64,000 nt of DNA from Octopus vulgaris. Its lineage: Eukaryota. The translations under genes were made by a program, and so were the position numbers. Within the stretch, counting starts at the first letter, position 1. Each line of letters opens with the position of its first letter. Shown piece by piece: positions 28,101 through 44,082 of this stretch. The DNA lies in assembly GCA_951406725.2 (NCBI GenBank), contig OX597820.1, positions 94,736,001 through 94,800,000 on the forward strand. The letters are read 5' to 3'. The notes beneath the pieces were generated by a model. It did no database searches. It was given only the letters and a program-made list of their open reading frames with translations, and was not told the DNA's origin.

Positions 28101-31100
28101 TGACTTGTTCAGATCATAAGATGTTTTGTTTTTTTTTAAAAGCACAGTAAGCTTTACTCTGAGGGTTTTCTAACTGCAATGTATATGTCTTGCCATGATG
28201 TTTAAGTTAAATTCACCATAACTGCTTTTTTTTAAAATCTATTTATCTTTTTCTGATTTTTTTCTTGTTCAGCTGAGGACTTTGCCTTATCAGAATCAGT
28301 CATTCAAAATAGTGTGATAAATACAGCAGAACTGATTGATTCAGTAACTGACTCTCCCATATTAGAATATCCTTCTGTCAAGTTACCTCCTGCATCTTCA
28401 GGAAGTAAAATACAAGAACTATCCAGCCAAGTTGTAAGTTCTCTTTGATATTCTGGTCAAACACCAAACATTTTCTTTTCAATTTTTCTGAAAATAAAAC
28501 AAAATAATGTAGAATTTATTGAAACATATACACTGTGTATTTTGTTAGAATTATGATTATAAAACGGTTAAAACTGATGACAATAGAGAACTAAGTGTAT
28601 CACCAAAAAACATTACAGATCATCTACATTAAACATAGACCCACAGTCCATCTATATTACATCTGCACCTTTTTTTTTTGTGACCCTTGTTCTAATATGT
28701 TGTTCAGAGAAGTTTCCTTTCTGTAACCTCTAAGATTCAGTTCCATTGCTTAACTTCAGCTGTTACAGTATTAAATAGATGAGCTACAATTACTTCAGAT
28801 GACTTTCCTTTAACAAGTTCTTGTCTGTTCTACATGGCTTCCTACATAGACTGATGTGTACAGTGTGAAGTGTCATGGCTGGATTGAAAGCAAAACTGGA
28901 GCTGTTGATTTGAACTCATAAATCCATATGATATTGTCATACTCATTATCCTTTAACATCCATTTTCCATGCTGGCATAGGTTGGACTAAATATCAGTGC
29001 CCTAAGTGAAGTACAAACTCTGCCTTTCTCATCTATGACTTGCACAGTGAAGGTACTGTCTATAAGTACAGTACACTAACCAATTGTGCTACTAGTTCAA
29101 TATCTTTGTTAGTCTGTATTTTCACCTCATAATAAACTAAGCTCTCAAAAGTTGATCTTGCATATCCTTATATTTTATCCATTAACACTTTAGACCAGCC
29201 TTACTTAGTTTTGTTGATTTATTTATTAAAGTATCCTGAGGAATTTCTTATACCAACATATTAAAAGGGCAAAAGAATTGAACATATCTCAACTCAGGAT
29301 ACCAAAACGAAAAATAGTCAAGAAAGATATTATTCTGTTTGTCCACACTCATGATTCAGAAGTCCAAAATAGGTTTAACCACTTAGCATTTAAACTGGCC
29401 ATATCTAGCCCATATATCTTACCTGTTTTATATAAAAACTGACCAGGTTTGGCCTCTCACATCTACCTTACAAAATCATTCTAAAAATAAAATTTTTAAG
29501 GTACAACATAATACATAATTAATTCAAAACAGTGTGAATAAATAAGCATTTCTGATCCTAGAGTAATTTGAATACTAAATGATTAATACCAGTTAGACAA
29601 ACTACTAATCCTGTTCCAAAGCACAAAAGTTAAAGATTTAGTCAAAGAAAGCTGTGTCATCAACATCAAACATCACCAAAAGAATCTTAATAAACACTTC
29701 AGAAGGGCAAACTTCACAGCTTGAAATAATTCTGAATTTCCTGTTAAAACTTGTAGAGAATGTAGGTATGGAACATGAAGTACAGATAATGCTATCTATT
29801 TGGTAAATAGTTCTAAGATCTTGTTCATGTCACCTGCTGGTTCAACAGCTATCCACAAAGGATACATATGAATGGATGAGTTGGAAAACTTCTGGAGAAG
29901 GTTGTTGTTGGTTAGAGTTAGAGATAAAGTTAGGGTTCCAAAAGTGTGGAGAAGAGTGATTTTTAAAAAAAATGAATTTTAGGAAAACATTTTTTTCAGA
30001 ATTCTGATCTTTGTATTTTTTAAACATTGGAATTCAAAATAAATGTTTTAAGAAAAATTGAGAAAAAAAAAAATAGAGTTTGTGATGAGTGAAAGAGCGA
30101 TTCAAATTTTGAAAAGCTGTTTTGGATGGGAAAACCACAATTTCCATTGCTGGAAACATAGAAGGTTTTGAAAGAAATTTTTTGTAGAAGGAAAATGCTC
30201 AATAAACTTTGATTATATCTTCCTATGCTTTACTTCCTACAGAAAGAATTAGAATGTCTACCAATGTTTTCAAAGACTGTGGTGACAGAGGAACAACTGT
30301 CCCTATTGTGGCCTCGACCACAGTCTATTGTCCAGAAGGAAGGGAACCATTTTGTCCCAGATGAGGTCCTCCACATATATCTGTCGACTATGTCAGATAT
30401 TAGTAAGTTGTTTGCTCTTCCTTCACATTTACCACTCTTGGTGTTATCATCATCATCATTAATATTATTATTATTATCATTGTTGTTTTAGTATTGTCAT
30501 TCTATATATCACTTGATATATCGTCATTCTCGTTATTGTTGTTATCATCTTGATTGTTGTCATTGTTATCATTTTCATCAACTTTTCAAACATGTACATG
30601 TCCTTACGTGCATTATTTAAGTTAGTTTCTAAGTTCGAGTTCCATGAAGGTCAGTTTTTACCCTTTCGGTTTTCCAGAGTCAATAAAACAAATTACCTAT
30701 CAAATACTCTTCTTTTTCTATTCACTACAGCTCATACTCCACCCAGGGTCACCTGACATACCTACCTCTCTACCTCACATCACCCTTACTGTTTCACTGT
30801 CCTTCTCCAGGCCCTACACTAGCCATTAAACCCAATGTCCCCTCCTTCAATTCAGCTTTAATCTTCTGGAACTTTCTCACAGCAGATGGTGACTTAAAAC
30901 GATGTTCAAACTGAACAGCGATTATATAGGTGTCACCAGTCTCACATGACCTGTGAAGAACATAGCTTCCATCTCTCTTTCCCTCTCCAAATAAACCATG
31001 GTGATGGAGGAATACTCAAAATGAATTGTCTCACCCCACCTCACCTATTTTGTCTTTTGTTATTCACTAATTTTTTTCTTTTTTTAAACAGGCATACATT

Positions 31101-34100
31101 CTGTGGCTCAAGTGTGGAACTGTCGAAAGTTCATGTTCACATCTATGGGCATCACAACAATCATTAATTTACAGTCACCTGCATATGAGTACAACACCAC
31201 CTGTATCCTGTGTCATGTTAGCAGTCGACTGTGTGTGGAGAAAGCCAGCTACAAAATCATCATCCAGTCTTTTCAGGTAAACAGTTTCTTGCTAAATTGA
31301 TTCTCTAGTTTGTAGGGTTCTTTTACTTTTATTCCTGAGTTGAAGCAGTAATTTTCATCAGTTTCAACAATGAGTATTCATTGGTTTGATCAACAGCTTG
31401 TTGAATTAGTGCCTGAACATTCCACAAACACATCTTTCTGCTTAATGAATCCTTAATGTAATTCTTGGGCAGAATCAGTATGACAGACAGTAACAAGGCT
31501 GTCTTTCTAGCCATTGATTTTCTTGATTGTGCTTTTGACTTGTCAGTTTCAGTGGTTGGTCCCTCAGATGGATCTGTGTTAAGAAGATCTGCTTTCTCTC
31601 ATGAATTCTCCTCATACAGCAACCTCTCACACTTCTTTCTTTTCAATATCATTGAGCGCTAGTGTGCCCCTATCATTCCATACACACTATTCCCCATGAC
31701 ATCTCAATTCTCTCTAGTTCACTGCCCTACAATCCAGAACATTTCACATCTCCAATTCTCATGTCATGTAGCATGTGCAAACCTCTTGTTTTCTGCTTTT
31801 CTCCTCGATAAGTACACCTGATGTGTAGCTTCTTTTAGGTACTTTGTATAGTTATCTGCTTCTTTCTTAGTTCCAGTCTTTCCAGATCTATCTGTTAGCT
31901 TTAATAACCTTATCTACAGTACTATTCCATTATTATATCAACTTATCTCTGGCTGAAAACTTGCCCCAGCTACACATCTGCTCTCTGGTTTGCAGAAAGT
32001 AGTGACATGGGAACCTACTGATGTCCTTTATAAGCTTCCACCTCCTCTTTCTTGTCAAATTTATGACTGTTCAATGGTTCTTTAAGCTTCCGTATCTTTC
32101 TGCTCTAAATGATCTTGTGTGATTAAGTCCATCTAGCTCTTACTCTGAAGTCACTAATCACTTAAGTTATGTTGTATGTTACATTCCATAACAAGAAATT
32201 ACCTTTCATTCAGTAAATAAAGAATATCTGGTTTATGTGTTTACTTGACTGGTAGATAATCTTGTGAAGGGCTGATTTTGTAGTTGTTACTTGTAGAGTT
32301 ACAAAACTCCAGTCCTCTGTTCTAGATAAGTACCTGTTCATTGCTATTGTGGAGGTCTTATAGCACTGTTCTACCTGCATCATTCCTCTTCCCCCATTAC
32401 TTCTAGGTAGGTACAGACGATCAACATTTGCTTTTGGGTGGTGCATGTTCTTAAAAATTAGTATTTTTCTTGTCTTCGTGTCCAGACATTGGAGCTCTGT
32501 AAAATTCCAGTTAATGGTGTTACAACTATATTGGACTTCTGGAAGTGCCAGGGTATTAATGGCTTTGACGCGAATTTTAGAGTAGAGTTCAGTTTTTAGT
32601 ACGAGTCTTATTCTCCTTTAATATTCTTTTCTTATTTTTTCCTTCATATATCACAAGGTATTTATAATTTTCCTGTGGGTCAAGCTCCTTGATGGTAGTG
32701 TCAGTATCTAATTTATTGAAAGCTGTTTGCCTGAGCTTGACTCTTACAAAAGTTGCTTTAGCACACTTATCAAGGCCAAAGTCTATCTCAGTGTCATTGT
32801 TGAATTCTTAAACACTTATTAGCAGCTGTATTAGCTCTTCGTCATTTCTAGCAAACAGCTTCAGATCATCCATATAGAACAGATGGTTTATTGTCATATT
32901 GTAAACTTTGAACCCATGCCTGGTGTTATTTAGTTCGTTTGAGAGTGGGATCAGTGCCATGCAAAAGAACAATGGGGAGAGGGAGTCACCTTGAAAGATG
33001 TCTCGTTTGATGTTGATGTTGTTAGTTTGACTCATCCCATTACTATGGCTTAGAAGGAGACGTGTGTTCCACTTGGCCATGATACCTTGTAAGAATTTGG
33101 AGATGACAAGAGAGATCTTATATATTTCAAGGGCCTTGAGTATCCAGTTATGTGGGACAATATCAAAAGCTTTCCTGTAGTCTATCCATGTCATACTCAG
33201 GTTTTTCTTTTTGCTTCACCAATTCTCTACAATCATTTTACTTTTGAGTAATTTATCTTTGCACCCATAAGAATTCCTTTTCCAGCCTTTTTGAGCTTGT
33301 GGATAGATCTGTCAGTTAATATGGATGTGAGGATCCTGTAGGTGGTGTTGAGACATGTTATTGGTTGGTAGTTCTTTGGATTTTTTGTGTCTTCAGTTTT
33401 TGGTCGGTCAGGCAGGTATTTGCTCTGGGTTCTGGTTGACATCAGTCAGAGATGCAGCTAAAGTTTGGTGTACTTCTGTCAGACAATTTAGCCAGAAGTT
33501 AGGAATTTGGTCCAGTCCTGGAGTTTTCCATTTGTGAGACTTCTGAAGGACACATCTTAGCTCTTATATTCCTATTGCCTTCCATCTCTGCTCTTCAACT
33601 TCATCCAGTCTCACTTTCTCACGGTCTATCCAGTCAGCTTTAGCATTATATTCTTTTTTGTTGCTCCATATCTTCTTCCAGAACTCTTCCATTTCCTCAG
33701 TCTTATGTGGTTCCTTTACTTCTATCTTCCTTTTGCCAGTTTCCCTATAAAATTTCTTTGCATCCCTCTTGAATATCTTATTTTGTTGATAAAATTTGAT
33801 TCGTTTGTCATTCCTTCTGAGCCTTTGGGCTTTCAGTTGTATTCGTTGTCTCAATTGTTCCTCGGTTGCAGGGAGGTTTATAAAATCAAAGATTTTATAT
33901 TTTTGCTTAATTTTTCTAGCTCATTTCTTCTTAACATTTACTCCTCTAGCAAGTTCATCGAAAACTGATACATCTACCCACAGAGATTCGATCCCTTTTT
34001 GTACTGCTACTTTCCACTTAGGAGGTCTATTGACATGGTTGGTCCTTTTCTGTGTTGTCCTGATACCTAATTGAGTAATTACAACTTTAGCAGTGGAATA

Positions 34101-37100
34101 GATGAGGTTATTTAAGGCCGTTAGGTCATTTCCCTTATTACTTAAGATCTGTCTAAAAGCAACATTATATATAATGATTATGTTGTTTTTTATGCTGTTT
34201 GAGAATTTTGCCAGTTGTTCTCTAATGATGATGTCAGTAGTTCTCTGATAATATCTTCTTTTGCTTCTATGATTTTCTCTTTATTATTCACCTCAAATTC
34301 TGTGTCATACCATTTCTGGTGTTCCTGAGGTAGGTCTACTTCCTCCTCTTTTTCCACATATCTGTTCTTCACTATTCTTTCTTTAGCTTTCTTGTTAAGA
34401 TATACTCCTCATACACTGGGTTCTGTGCATCTGTTACCTATTTCATCTGCATTGTTGCTGTTTTCATTTGGTGCACCATGAGATATTTGTATTCTAATTT
34501 GGTTAATTTCAGCACCAGTCAATCTTTTATTCTTAATAATGTCTCTACTACATACATTACATAGTTTATTTGCATCTATATATCTGTGTATTTCATTGCC
34601 TACTAAGTTTCTCCAGGAAATATAAGTTTGTACTGAGAGGTTATTTTTTGGATATAGTTGGGCTGTATAGAAAGCCTTCAACACATCTCTATAATCCTCT
34701 CTAGTCCATTTCATGTATTTTGCTTTAGGTAAGGTTTTTGGTGGTATTACTACAGACCTGGGTTTAGTGTTATCATGGATTTGGTTACCTAGTATTTCGT
34801 CCATCTTTATGTTCTGAGTTCAAATTCCTCTGAAGTCAACTATGCCTTTATCCTTTCTGGAGGAATTAAATAAGTACCAGTTGAGACATGGAGTTGATCT
34901 AATCAACTAACCCCTGCCCCCTGAAATTGCTGGCCTTGTGCCAAAATTTGAAACCATTATTATTATTTCAATTTTAATAATTAATAATTATCAAAGAGGC
35001 AATTGCCTCACAGAGGCAATGACCAAGGCCTTTGGTATTATGTTGTGCTTGAGAAGAAGACCCATCAAGCCAAGCAAAATCACAGTCATGGTAGATACCA
35101 CTGTCACGGAAATGGCACCTGTGCTGGTGGCACATAAAAGCACCCATTACACCCTCAGAGTGGTTGGCATTAGGAAGGGCATCCTGCTGTAGAAAATGAT
35201 GCCAAATCAGACTGGAGCCTGGTGCTTGCTTTTACATGCCTTCCAGCATGCCAGCCCACTCAAACTGCCCAACCCATGCTAGCATGGACAACGGATGTTA
35301 AATGATGATGATGATGATGATGACATGTTCAGCTTTCTCTTTTCTTTTGTAGGTCAAAATCCTGGCTCATGATATCCAAAGTCTTTCTTATGCAATTATT
35401 ACATTAAGCCAGTTGTTCAATTTATACAAAACAGAATCAGGCATCAGTATCCCATTATTAGAAGTAAGTTTCTGCTTTTTACTCTTTTCACAGTAAAATT
35501 TTGGCTCGATCTGTAAGTGCTGAAATAGTGTTGTTTTCAAGGAACCAAGTTTATGTCACCAATTTGCCAATGAATGTAATTATTTTCTATGAATTAATTG
35601 TTAATTTATTGTTTTAGTTAATTACATGTGTCTGTGTGAGTCCCCTACTTGTATGTGCCCCATTTGCTGATTTCTATTATGCCTCTGGTATATACTTACT
35701 GCCCCCACCCCACTCAGTCAAGTGGGCTTGTCTTGTGAGTTACTTGGTGACCCCAATAATGCTAATTCCATGAAAAAGGGACCCAGTATACACTATAAAG
35801 TGTTTGGCATTAGGATGGGCATCCAGCTATAGGAACTATGTAAAAGCAAGTATTGAAGACCAACACAGCCCCTGTTTCATCAGATCCTATTTAACTGTCT
35901 GACCCATGTCAGCATGGAAGCTGGACATTTAATGATGATGATAGTCGTGATTATGATATACAGATAAGTTACTTAATTATCCCTTCTGAAATGTGTAGTA
36001 TATTAACTGTATTGATTTCATGTATTCTAACAAGCAAGGTGATATTTATGCAGTTACTCAACCTGCTAGAAACAGTGCCCACAGCTACTTGAAGCCATAT
36101 CCTAGTTAAAAGAAAGAAGGGCATGTGTTGCAAAATTACAGAAAGTCAAAATGATTTGGGTCAGAATGCTTTTGATCGTTGATCTGATTTATCATAGATG
36201 ATGTGGGGTAAACAACAACAACAACCAGAGCAACAGCAGCAATATCCTGTATCAAATTTCAGTACATTGATAGATATAATTCTCCATGAGGCGGTGCTCC
36301 AGCATGGCCACAGTCAAATGACTGAAACAAATAAAAGAGTATTAAGTAGATTAACACTAACTTAACTATTGGTTTTTCATACAGATAGCATCTAAAAGTA
36401 ATTCATTTTTTTTTCCTGTTCCCATACCAACAAGTATATGTTTTTATGCATTTGCTGAGAGATTTTCTTATAACTTCTGCACTGAAGAGGTCATAATTAT
36501 TTGAAACACAGGGCATTTGTTTTTGATTACAGTCAGTTAATCAAGTCAAGCAATTTCTGTCCTAGAAATCCCAGTTCAGAAATGAAGCAGGAACATCTGG
36601 TGTGGGTTTTAGTCACATTGGTCTTTCACTAGTTAAAATAACACATCTACTCATGCCATGACCACAGACGATAGCAGTAGTTTGCTAACTGAACTAGTTG
36701 ATCCTGACAGTTGACAGTTTGTTGTCTGTTCATCCACTCAGCATCAGTGATATTCACCATTGATTTGGTATGTTTATCTGCCAAAATAATTCATGTCCAC
36801 CATGCTGCATCCCATGATTTCAACATACCCTGGCTCAAGTGGTTACATGCTCTTGTACTCTTTTACTTGCTTCAGTCATTTGACTGTGGTCATGCTAGAG
36901 CACTGCCTTTAGTCGAGCAAATTGACCCCAGGACTTATTCTTTGTAAGCTTAGTACTTATTGTATCAGTCTCTTTTGCCAAACCGCTAAGTTACGGGGAC
37001 GTAAACACACCAGCATCGGTTGTCAAGCGATGTTGGGGGGACAAACACACACACAAATATATATATATATATATATATACATATATATGACGGGCTTCTT

Positions 37101-40100
37101 TCAGTTTCCGTCTACCAAATCCACTCACAAGGCTTTGGTCGGCCCGAGGCTACAGTAGAAGACACTTGCCCAAGGTGCCACACAGTGGGACTGAACCTGG
37201 AACCATGTGGCTGGTAAGCAAGCTACTTACCACACAGCCACTCCTACGCCTATTTAACTTATAGTTGGGACCCAGACAGATGCTACTACTCCAAGTCAGA
37301 GCAGACTTAGAAACAATAGTGGCTGAGAAGTGGTCACACTCCTCAAAACCTTACAACTCCCAAACTAATGTCCAACTACCAAATGTAGTTTAAAGTCATA
37401 CCCAGGACAGAATAGTGAAACAAACCCATTCCCAGATTTGCTACCATTAATGTTTAATTTCATTTTATATAGAAAATCTTAATTCACAGATGCAGTTAAT
37501 TTATTTGTTGTAAAAAAAAACCCAGCAATATCACATATTATGAAGGGAAGTATTCCAACATGGTCATAGCCACAATGGCTAAAACAAACTAATCAATATA
37601 TGTAATTGCTCTGAATATAGTCATTATCTTTGCTTAGATTACAGATTCACCATCGCTGCCTTACAGAGGAGTTCTACTTGATGTATCTAAAGGACGTGTA
37701 CCTAATATAGTAAGTTTCAATTCATCTCTCTCTCTCTCTTTAATTATCTAACTGAATATATCACATGACCAACCAGACTATCAGATGTTATTACATGTCA
37801 CTGGGCACCATCCTGCTGGTGCATCTCAGCAGAGACAAAGAAACCAGCAATAATAGCACAGGCAGATATTGAAGCTGTACTGAGATGTATTAGGGATGAT
37901 ACCAAGTACATAGCAAACGGCAGACAATACGGCACCATTTCAGTGCTTTTCAAGTCAGAAACCTTCGCTATGAAGCACTCAGTGGCCCCTTGCAAAACCA
38001 GCAAGATCATTATGTATTCATCCCATTTGGGAAAAAGAATAGTGCATATCCACATTCTCAGGATTCCACCAGGACTTGACATGGTGGCTTCTGGGATGTG
38101 TAATCAAGCAAGGGTCAGATACCATCCCGATAGAGGTGACAGAAACTGCCAGGGTGGATCTGGAGATACTTCTCCAGATCAAGTCCAAAGACTTCACAAG
38201 AATCCCAGACCACATCCATCTCCAAAACAGGATGGTATTGCACATAATGACTGAGAGCAGAAAGCCGCATTGTTTCATTTGTGGAGAAACTACTCATTTG
38301 TGAGCTTTCTGCCCTCAACTGATAAAAAGTGCAAGGGATCGATGGCCTCCATTGCTGCCTATGTCAGGACAAGGATCACAAGCAACACCAGCACCAGCTG
38401 ATAACTTCAGGCCCATAACTCTGCTGAACACAGAGTTTAAGATTTTGGCAAAGGTCTTAGTGAAGAGGTCGGCACTTGGCATCGAAGATTTAGCTGAGGA
38501 GGTGCAACATGACAACCTCTACTTCATGCAATACATCATAGAAAGGGTAGGGTGTAAACCTGGATTCAGTGGCACTGTTGCCAGGCACTCACTGCCCTCT
38601 AATAGGTGGCAAAATCGGTCAGTAGAACATCCACTCTTGAATTTTAATAGAGGGTTAGTGGTGGAAAAGTGTGATGATGCACTCCGAGAGGCTCTGTTCT
38701 GGAGGACTTTTGAGCCTGGGATGATGGATAACTTCCAGAAATCCCTTGCTTGGCAGTGCTAACAGGGGGCACTCTGTCAATGTCAAATACCAAAGAAGCA
38801 AATAGTTCTCTTTCTTTTTCTTTTTTTTATTATTTTGGTTTGTTTTAAAAAAAACAAATGTCTAGTATATATATTGTACACAATTTTGTTTATTCTGATG
38901 AATTATTTAGTCCCCCCCCACCACCACCACCACTAAAATAAGACAACTTTGGACAATATGTTCTTTTGTCTGTTACAGGAAACTCTGAAAAACATGCTTG
39001 ACAATATTGCTTACATGAAGTTTAATCAGGTACTATGAATTATTCATTTTCATAAACTTTTTCTTGTTATTTCTGTTTATCTTGCATACCAGAACTTGCT
39101 GACATTGCTTCAATTTTTCATCTATTTGCACATTTGATTGACTGATTGATATCTCTTAAAGATTATAGATAGGAACAGGTTTATATTTTGTTGTTGTCAA
39201 CGTCGGCAGCATCTTGGTTCCATAACATCTAAGCCCTGCATCTCCATCCAGACACCATGCATTCAGTTTCTATATTTTCCTATGAGCTTCCCTTCACCAT
39301 CAATGGGTCTGCTCAAAAAATAGCATACCCATGACCTGTTGGGTCACCAGGGAAGTCTGAGTTTCCCAGCAACAGAGTTTTGTTATGTAGGTTTTTTTTT
39401 TTCTTTTCCATGTTGTTTTGCATGCTTTCAACAAATATGACATCAAAATCATGCATAACTGGCTCCTTTCCCCAGAAAAGAAAAGATTTGGCTGCTATTT
39501 CTTGCACACCCTGCTACAACATAACAGTTCAAGTCCTTTATTGCAAATAACTGTTACATGGTAGCAGGGCGTGCTAGAAATAGCAGCCAAAGTTTTGGAG
39601 GTGAGATATGTTGAACGCACTCGAAAGAAACCTATGGAAAAAGACTATTTCACACTAAGGTTATGAACAGGTCTTTTTCAAATTATTTACCTTATTTTAA
39701 AAGTCATTTTCACTTCAAAATATTTTACCTATCATAATGTGTCTAATGGAAAAGTTAGGGTTCTTTCCCTTTCAGAATGAAGTTATTTTCGGAATATTTT
39801 CCCATTGTGCACCATTTTGGGTATTTATACCCCAAAACCCCAAATATCTCAATAACTACTGGTCCGATTTACGCGAAACTTGTTTTATTCCATTCATATT
39901 CACATTTCAGGGGCACTTTACTTTCAAAGTATTTTCCCATTATGCACCAGTTTGGCTGTGTAACATTGCAAGCAAGCAAGATTAAACTTCACTTTTAAGA
40001 GTATATATAGATGGCAGCTATATTCATTGCTTTAGACAATCTCCTTCTGGCAGCTGTATAGTGATTATAGTGATAACTGGGCCTAGTGCTGTTCACCCAC

Positions 40101-43100
40101 AGGACACATGCCAGTTGAGAGTCCATCACCTGAAGTTCTATCCTTATTTAGGCTGTTGTTTGTATTAATTCTTTTATTCATTAATCTCATACTGAAGAAA
40201 GTGGTAAGGTGTCATGGCCATCAGTATTTTTATCAAAACACCATTTTTTGAGGGGTTTGCCCCAAAAGACTCAAAGGCACCTCTCTACCCTTAAAAGAAT
40301 AAGTTAGCTACAAGTAGTAGTAGTAGCCGTGCTACTGTTGTTACTTTCTCTTCCATATTCCTTTTTCTCTTCAGATACATTTGTACACTCGATTCCGGTA
40401 TCAAACCAGTTCAGCATGGCAGTTGTGCTACAGCTGTAGGTATGTATCTACTATAATAATATTCTTGTGTGTTTCTCCGTCACAACATATTAATGAGAAA
40501 GGAAGGGGTGATGGCAAATTTGGTAGTGGGATGGTGGAAGTTCTACAGTGGAAAAAAAATCGAACAGCGTTTCAACTCTGCATGAGTATGTATGTGTGTA
40601 TGTAAAAGGAAGTCGTGTGTGTGCGTGCATGCGTGCAATGGAAGTAAGATGGTGAACATTCAACACTGAAAACAAACATCAAACAGCATTTCAACTCTGT
40701 GAGTATATGTGTGTACATGTACAAGGGAAGTATGTGAATGTTTGTATCTGTGATAATTTTGTACCTTATATATAATACAATTAGCCATCATTTTTGACGG
40801 CATGGGGCCAGCTAGTATAATACAATAATCTTTACAACATCCCCCCACCATCTTACATGCTTCTACCAAATACAATATGAACCAATAAGAGAGCCTTTTT
40901 TTGGTTGCCAAACTTGCTAGAAATAGCAGCCAAACCTCGTTACGGCAACACCATAGTAATCTTAAGAGAAGAACATTGAATAATGCAGATTTGAACGCCC
41001 ACTGACTGAACAAAAGACAGTAATGGCCACAGTTTAAATGTCTTTGATCATGTGTCTGCTTAATTAGGACTTAAAAGGGATTCAAGATTGAACCTAAGTT
41101 CTTAGTACTTCACGATATCTATTCTGACTTTCTGCACTGTGATTTTAAATCCCACCTAGATCAACTTTGCCTTTCATCCCTTCAGGATTGATAAGAAAGA
41201 AGTACCAGTTGAGTGCTGTGTGGCAGAAATGTAAGAATATCAGACTAGATGTCTTGTGCTATTCGTTAAGGTTCTTTGCAGTCAGTGTTCAAATCCTGTC
41301 ATGGTGCTCTTGCATGGTAGATTTAATCAGTCACTTGGTTTAGCACAACCAGTTTATAGCCTTAGGTGCTTTTAGTAGAGTCAACTTTGCTGCAAGCACT
41401 CAAGACAGGTCTCCTGTTCGTGAATACCTTCTTCCTTCCTTCCTAGCAGCTTCAGAAACCCTGTACAGAGTTACGAGTACTGCCTTCACTTTTGATAACT
41501 GGCAATCTGTTGGTTACAATGGTGAGTTTTCCAGTTGATCCAATCAACAGGAGTGCCTATGTGGTAAGTAGCTTGCTTACCAACCACATGGTTCCGGGTT
41601 CAGTCCCACTGCGTGGCACCTTGGGCAAGTGTCTTCTACTGTAGCCTCGGGCCAACCAAAGCCTTGTGAGTGGATTTGGTAGATAGAAACTGAAAGACAT
41701 TCATCGTATATATATATGTATGTATGTATATGTTTGTGTGTCTGTGTTTGTCCCCCCAACATCGCTTGACAACCGATGCTGATGTGTTTACGTCCCCGTA
41801 ACTTAGTGGTTCGGCAAAAGAGACCGATAGAATAAGTACTGGGCTTACAAAGAATAAGTCCTGGGATCAATTTGCTCGACTAAAGGCGGTGCTCTAGCAT
41901 GACCACAGTCAAACGACTGAAACAAGTAAAAGAGTATGCAAATAGCCGAGCATGCCACAGACACACATACCCTTAACTCATTTTTGCCAACTTAGTAGAC
42001 TTGAGCAACATGAAATAAAGTGCCTTGCTCAAGGACATGATGCACTGCAGGAAATTAAGTAGTAAATTTCTGTTTTGCTTATACTTTTGTGTCTTTCCTT
42101 CAGAAAGATGTTGTACATAATATCAATGTTTATAACATGAATTGTTACCTATTGCAGTGAGCTGTTGGAGATTGATAAGTTCTGCATGGATCGAGGCATG
42201 CAGTTGATTCCAGCAGTTGATGTTCATCCGTCTGTCCAATTTGAAGATTTGCCATTCTTGCAATGTGTATTTTACGACTATATCTCACATTTTACTAATT
42301 CAGAGTAAGTAACCACATTTCATTAAAGTTTACACATTCGTTTAACTGTTTTATGTTCATAGTTCTCTTGCTCTTTCCTACTTTCTCTCTTCTCTCCGAC
42401 CTCTCTCTCTGCCTCACTCACTCTCTCTTCCCATCTATTTCTCCTTCTCTATCTGTTTATCAGAAGTAGAGAGCTTACTCTGAGCCCATTCATTATCATT
42501 ACATATTTTTTCCTCATTTTAGTTTTTTTTCTCTTCAGTTAAGCAAGGAACTATAAAACCCTATGATGCAAAGTTTGGCTTTCTTTCAGACAAATCTAAA
42601 ATTGTCGTAAACAATGCAGCAGCCTCATTATTGTTTCTTCTTTTTCTCATAATTATTATAGTTATTAATTTAATTACTAATAGCAGTGGATGCCAGAAAC
42701 AGACTGACTTACAGTATCGGGTTAGTTCTCTTTACATAGGGGTGGTTGAAAGCTTCTCTTCACAACCACATGGTTTCACATGTTATTCTACTGTGTGCCA
42801 CTTTGATTCAGCTAAAACTAATAATAACAAATATGGTTATAGCTTAGAAGATATTTCCTTCTACACATGCGAAAGAATTTTAAAGAAACTGCCTACTTTT
42901 TTCACAACCATCTCACGAATACACATTCATGAGATGGTTGTGATCTCTAAACAGTTTTGAGTTGGAAATGGAAAGAGATGTATGAACATGCAACACGCAT
43001 GTGCACACTGGATTTATAAAAAAGAAGAGAAGAATAAAAACACAACACAAATGTCAAACCAAGTTATATGATAGTCTGCAGGTCATGTCTGGCACCACTA

Positions 43101-44046
43101 TCATGCAGCTTTGCAATATGGACTGTTTAACCAATTTCACTCATTTCATGGGAAAATATATAGATCAGTGGTTCTCAACCATTTCTTTTTTGCCTATGGA
43201 TTCCTTTGATTCATATTTTGCTCAGATGGACCCCTATTGCTATTCAATGTTTAAAAAATCCTATTATATTTTTAGAATTAAAATATTGTCAGCAGTTCAT
43301 CATCATCATCGTTTAGTGTCCGCTTTCCATGCTGGCATGGGTTGGATGGTTCAACTGGGGTCTGGGAAGCCAGAAGGCTGCACCAAGCCCAGTCTGATCT
43401 GGCAATGTTTCTACGGCTGGATGCCCTCCCTAACACCAACCACTCCGTGAGTGTAGTGGGTACTTTTTACATGCCACCAGCACAGGTGCCAGACGAGGCT
43501 GGCAAACGGTCACGATCGGATGGTGCTTTTTACGTGCCACCGGCACGGAGGCCGGTTGTATAAAGAATTGTTAAAATATTTTGTTTATGGTTGAAGTATA
43601 GCTAATTTATTGCATATAAACTTTAACAGCAAAATCTTATATGAACCCTGGTTGAGAACCTCGTACATAGATGTAAACAAGATTATTTTTTTTGTTTACA
43701 AGTAAAATATGGTGAGTAGGTATGGAGTGCTTGTATGAGAAAGAAAAGCATTATCCTACATCTTACCTTAATCTTTGTTCTTTGTCTCAGTCATTGGTAT
43801 AAGTTTATTATTGGGATATGATAGAATTTAATATGTATTTGAAACTCATTTTCATTTGGAATTTTAAGTTTCACATGGCAAACTCTAGTTGAATAAGCTG
43901 TCAATTGAAACTTAAATTCCAGTCAAAATGAATTTTTTTATATATTTAATTCTGTTTTCAGTATTGAGTTTCCTCATTCATAAATGTTGTTATTCTTAAA
44001 CTTGCTTTAAACTAATAACTTTGATTTATGTATGTAAGTATGTATG

Positions 44047-44082
<36 letters not shown>

